Source of the DNA: Girardia tigrina
Taxonomy: Eukaryota
Assembly: GCA_001938485.1 (NCBI GenBank)
Contig: MQRK01244698.1
Span: 12,202 to 65,602, forward strand
Direction: 5' to 3'
DNA: 53,401 bases
The position numbers and the translations under genes are program-made. The notes beneath the pieces were generated by a model. That model was not told the DNA's origin and ran no database searches. It worked only from the letters and a program-made list of their open reading frames with translations. This document shows, piece after piece, positions 50,881-53,401 of this stretch; position 1 is the stretch's first letter; each line of letters opens with the position of its first letter.

Positions 50881-51600
50881 TGTTTACCAATGCCTTTACC
50901 GACTTCCCTGATAGTTACTCCATTTCTCTTCCATGCATTAAATGCGCCCAGATAGAGGTGGTAGCTACTCTTTTCCGGAACATCGATTGCGACGGGATCA
51001 AATGAACTGGGAAATGGTTTCTTAAGAAAAAATTGAAGTATGATCCTCTTCTGTTTGTACAGGAGGTGATCTCTCTCGGTAATTTGAAATTTTGATGCAT
51101 ATAACCCATATATTCGCATAAGTAGCACAAATCTACCTCTCTGTGGTTTGGCTAATATAAAGCGACTTCAGAATTAAATAAACAATACAGTTTATAATTT
51201 CCTGATCTTTGAAGATTATTCTTTCAATATTTTTGCAGAAAGGCCCTCAAGGAAATTTTTCCAAAATTTTTTTCATGTTGATCTTGACCTAGACCGACAG
51301 AAGTCACAAGTCATCACTGAATTTAAATGAATTGTTTGATCGATTATCCATGTCGGAAGGTTCGCAAGTGGAGCTCCTCCAAAAAATTAAAGTTTGTTAG
51401 ATACGTAAACCCACTATAGCTCATTTTTTGGATAAAATGTTCTGTTCCTCACTCATTATTATTGGGAACACTCCAACTGTCTGCCTTTCGAGGAGCATTG
51501 ACAATGAAGCCATCTTGTCAATGTCACAAACCACCGTAACAGCCTCAAATTTGCTGCACCATGCTTTAAAACTCAACATCCATAATTGATTCATTCAGTA
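50881..51600 (-). pseudogene. Decayed transposase-like coding remnant (Sola-like D-x-C-x2-C motif)
   Basis: Fragmented frames including HREVDLCYLCEY; family uncertain. Confidence 0.3.
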
Positions 51601-52497
51601 TCGGTAAATTTAATGAGATTCAAGATATTTTTAATCAAATTTTAATTATTCACACCACAAATATAAATAAAACGGATATAAATAAAATTTTAGTTATTAA
51701 AAATATTAATCATAATATCGAAATTTTAACGTTTTAAATATTTAGAAACTTGAATTAATTTGTTTACAGTCCATAAAAATATTAATCAGCCACCAGGATA
51801 GAAGAGAGAATATAAAATATATAAACGCTAAAGATGCGACATTATTAATATTTCCCCTCATCACTAAAATATAAGCCTATATATGTATTATTTATCAATA
51901 GTTCATTTCATTGGTTTCTTATTATGTGACTCAATTTTTTCTAGTCTAATATCTCAGTCACTTTCACGGGAACAAAATATTTCAATTTAGAGAAAATAAA
52001 TTCATTTAAAAGTTAAAATAATCATTGAATTTTACTGAAAATACAAATAAGTCGAAAAAAATTAGTATTTAAAAAAACAATAAACTTAAACATAAATTTG
52101 TAAATATACAATTGAGTCTTAATTTATAAACTTTCAATTTTGAAAATAATAAAATAGTAATTTGTAAAAAGTTTATTGTAAAAAATCCTATCTTAACAGA
52201 TGATATAAAGTCTCCAAACTCACCGCTAATTTATTAATAAACACGAAATTGTTTAAATCTTTCAAAGTTACATTTCAATTAAATATTATTTTTAAATGAA
52301 ACTTATTTTCATAAATGAATTACAAATTTTGTAAACTAAAAAATCCAAAGTGATTTTCACTTTTATCGTCATGTCATTCAGTTCCTACAAAAAAGATTTT
52401 TATACATCCCCTCGACATTTGTCGATATTACGAGAAGTGAGTTGATTTTCATATGAATTAGTTATTAATGACAATCGATACCAATCGACTCTAACAG

Positions 52498-52951
52498 AGT
52501 CCCGAGGACATGTTTCTCAACGGAGAGCGATCAGAAGACGTCTATGTGAATTTCGAGGACCGGTCGATCGTAAATAACACCGTAAATTAGTTTTCACACT
52601 GTTGAATATCGATTGACGCGTCTCTCTTTTGCCAGTGCTCATCCTTCGTCAAGCCGCTGCCCGCGCGGCCCTCCAAGCCGCCTCCTCCGCTGCCCAATTC
52701 CGCTTCAACGTTCATCCAGCCGATCCACCCGCCGATTCCCACGAGAGTCAACACGAATTTCGTCACCATGGTTACCACATCGACCCAGACAATCAACAAC
52801 GCCGCTCGCGCCACTTGCATCGAGGGAACCGTGCCCGACATCCTTGCGTTCACGCTCAACAACCAGTCGGGCATCGACAACTCCGCCAATCTCCACTCGC
52901 CCACCTACCACCAGCACAGCGCGCTCCCCGAGGCGTTCCCGTTCCACAACA
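52498..52951 (+). CDS. Two internal GC-rich exons (52498-52569, 52636-52951) of a probable signalling adaptor/docking protein
   Basis: CTAACAG acceptor, 66-nt GTAAAT..GCCAG intron, A|GTAATT donor. Reads SPEDMFLNGERSEDVYVNFEDRSI|CSSFVKPLPARPSKPPPPLPNS..HPPIPTR.. with strong C/G third-position bias. Confidence 0.7.
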
Positions 52952-53269
52952 GTAATTGTTGATTGTTCAGTATCACTTCTATATAAATGACAAGACTTCT
53001 ATAAATCTATTTCTACACCCGTTCTCGATTACCGATGTGACAAAGGCCTTTGATCCAGTAATAAAATATCTGCAAATAAGTAGGAAAAAGTAATCTAACC
53101 AACGACAATGATGTGAGGGTCATTCTGATAAATGAATTATGTCAGATTTTGTAGAAGAGGTAGACAATATCCGAAGAAACCTTATCACATACCTACAACA
53201 CTTACAAAAGTTCATTCTGATACATACAGAATTTGTGAGCATTTTATATGGCACTTGACAAATTAAAAA

Positions 53270-53401
53270 ATAATTAATAAATATTCAGAAATAATCACAA
53301 ATTAATTCATAAATAATCACAAATTAATTCATAAATAATCACAAATTAATTAATAAATAATCACAAATTAATTCATAAATAATCACAAATTAATTAATAA
53401 A
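53270..53401. repeat. 22-bp minisatellite ATAAATAATCACAAATTAATT(C/A)
   Basis: About five to six copies running to the window end. Confidence 0.95.

Noticed and set aside
52587-52990. Several overlapping ORFs on both strands
   Set aside because: By-products of a GC-rich exon; splice sites and third-position bias favour one + frame.
53028-53060. ITDVTKAFDPV resembling a non-LTR RT motif
   Set aside because: No other RT motifs follow; may be chance.

Overview
An AT-rich, gap-containing stretch of an invertebrate animal nuclear genome. Evidence: a plakin-type exon, spliceosomal introns of about 41-90 nt, and CsRn1-type Ty3 elements; a flatworm-like host is only my inference. Most of the window is nested, decayed transposable elements: several Ty3/gypsy lineages, pogo/Tc2, mariner, ITmD37E, piggyBac, hAT/hATm, MULE, an RLE-type non-LTR element and a Maverick/Polinton penton fragment. 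Four host genes can be reconstructed by hand: a plakin-domain gene (364-821, minus); a secreted MANEC/MANSC-domain gene split by a 9-kb TE-filled intron (15754-25232, minus); a WKF-domain (C7orf50-like) gene (43110-43651, minus); and two GC-rich exons of a probable signalling adaptor (52498-52951, plus). Two signals stand out. (1) Three independent short-LTR Ty3 elements have a primer-binding site that does not start with TGG and instead reads as the complement of nucleotides 1-12 of a tRNA 5' end, suggesting priming by a 5' tRNA fragment. (2) A set of very long LTRs (two bounded copies of 1.9 and 3 kb, plus one of unknown length) contains intron-exon transcription units. In the one copy whose orientation is fixed by a PPT the unit is antisense, and that copy is preceded by two tandem paralogous type-I membrane (env-like) genes. 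No database searches were run; family assignments rest on motif recognition.
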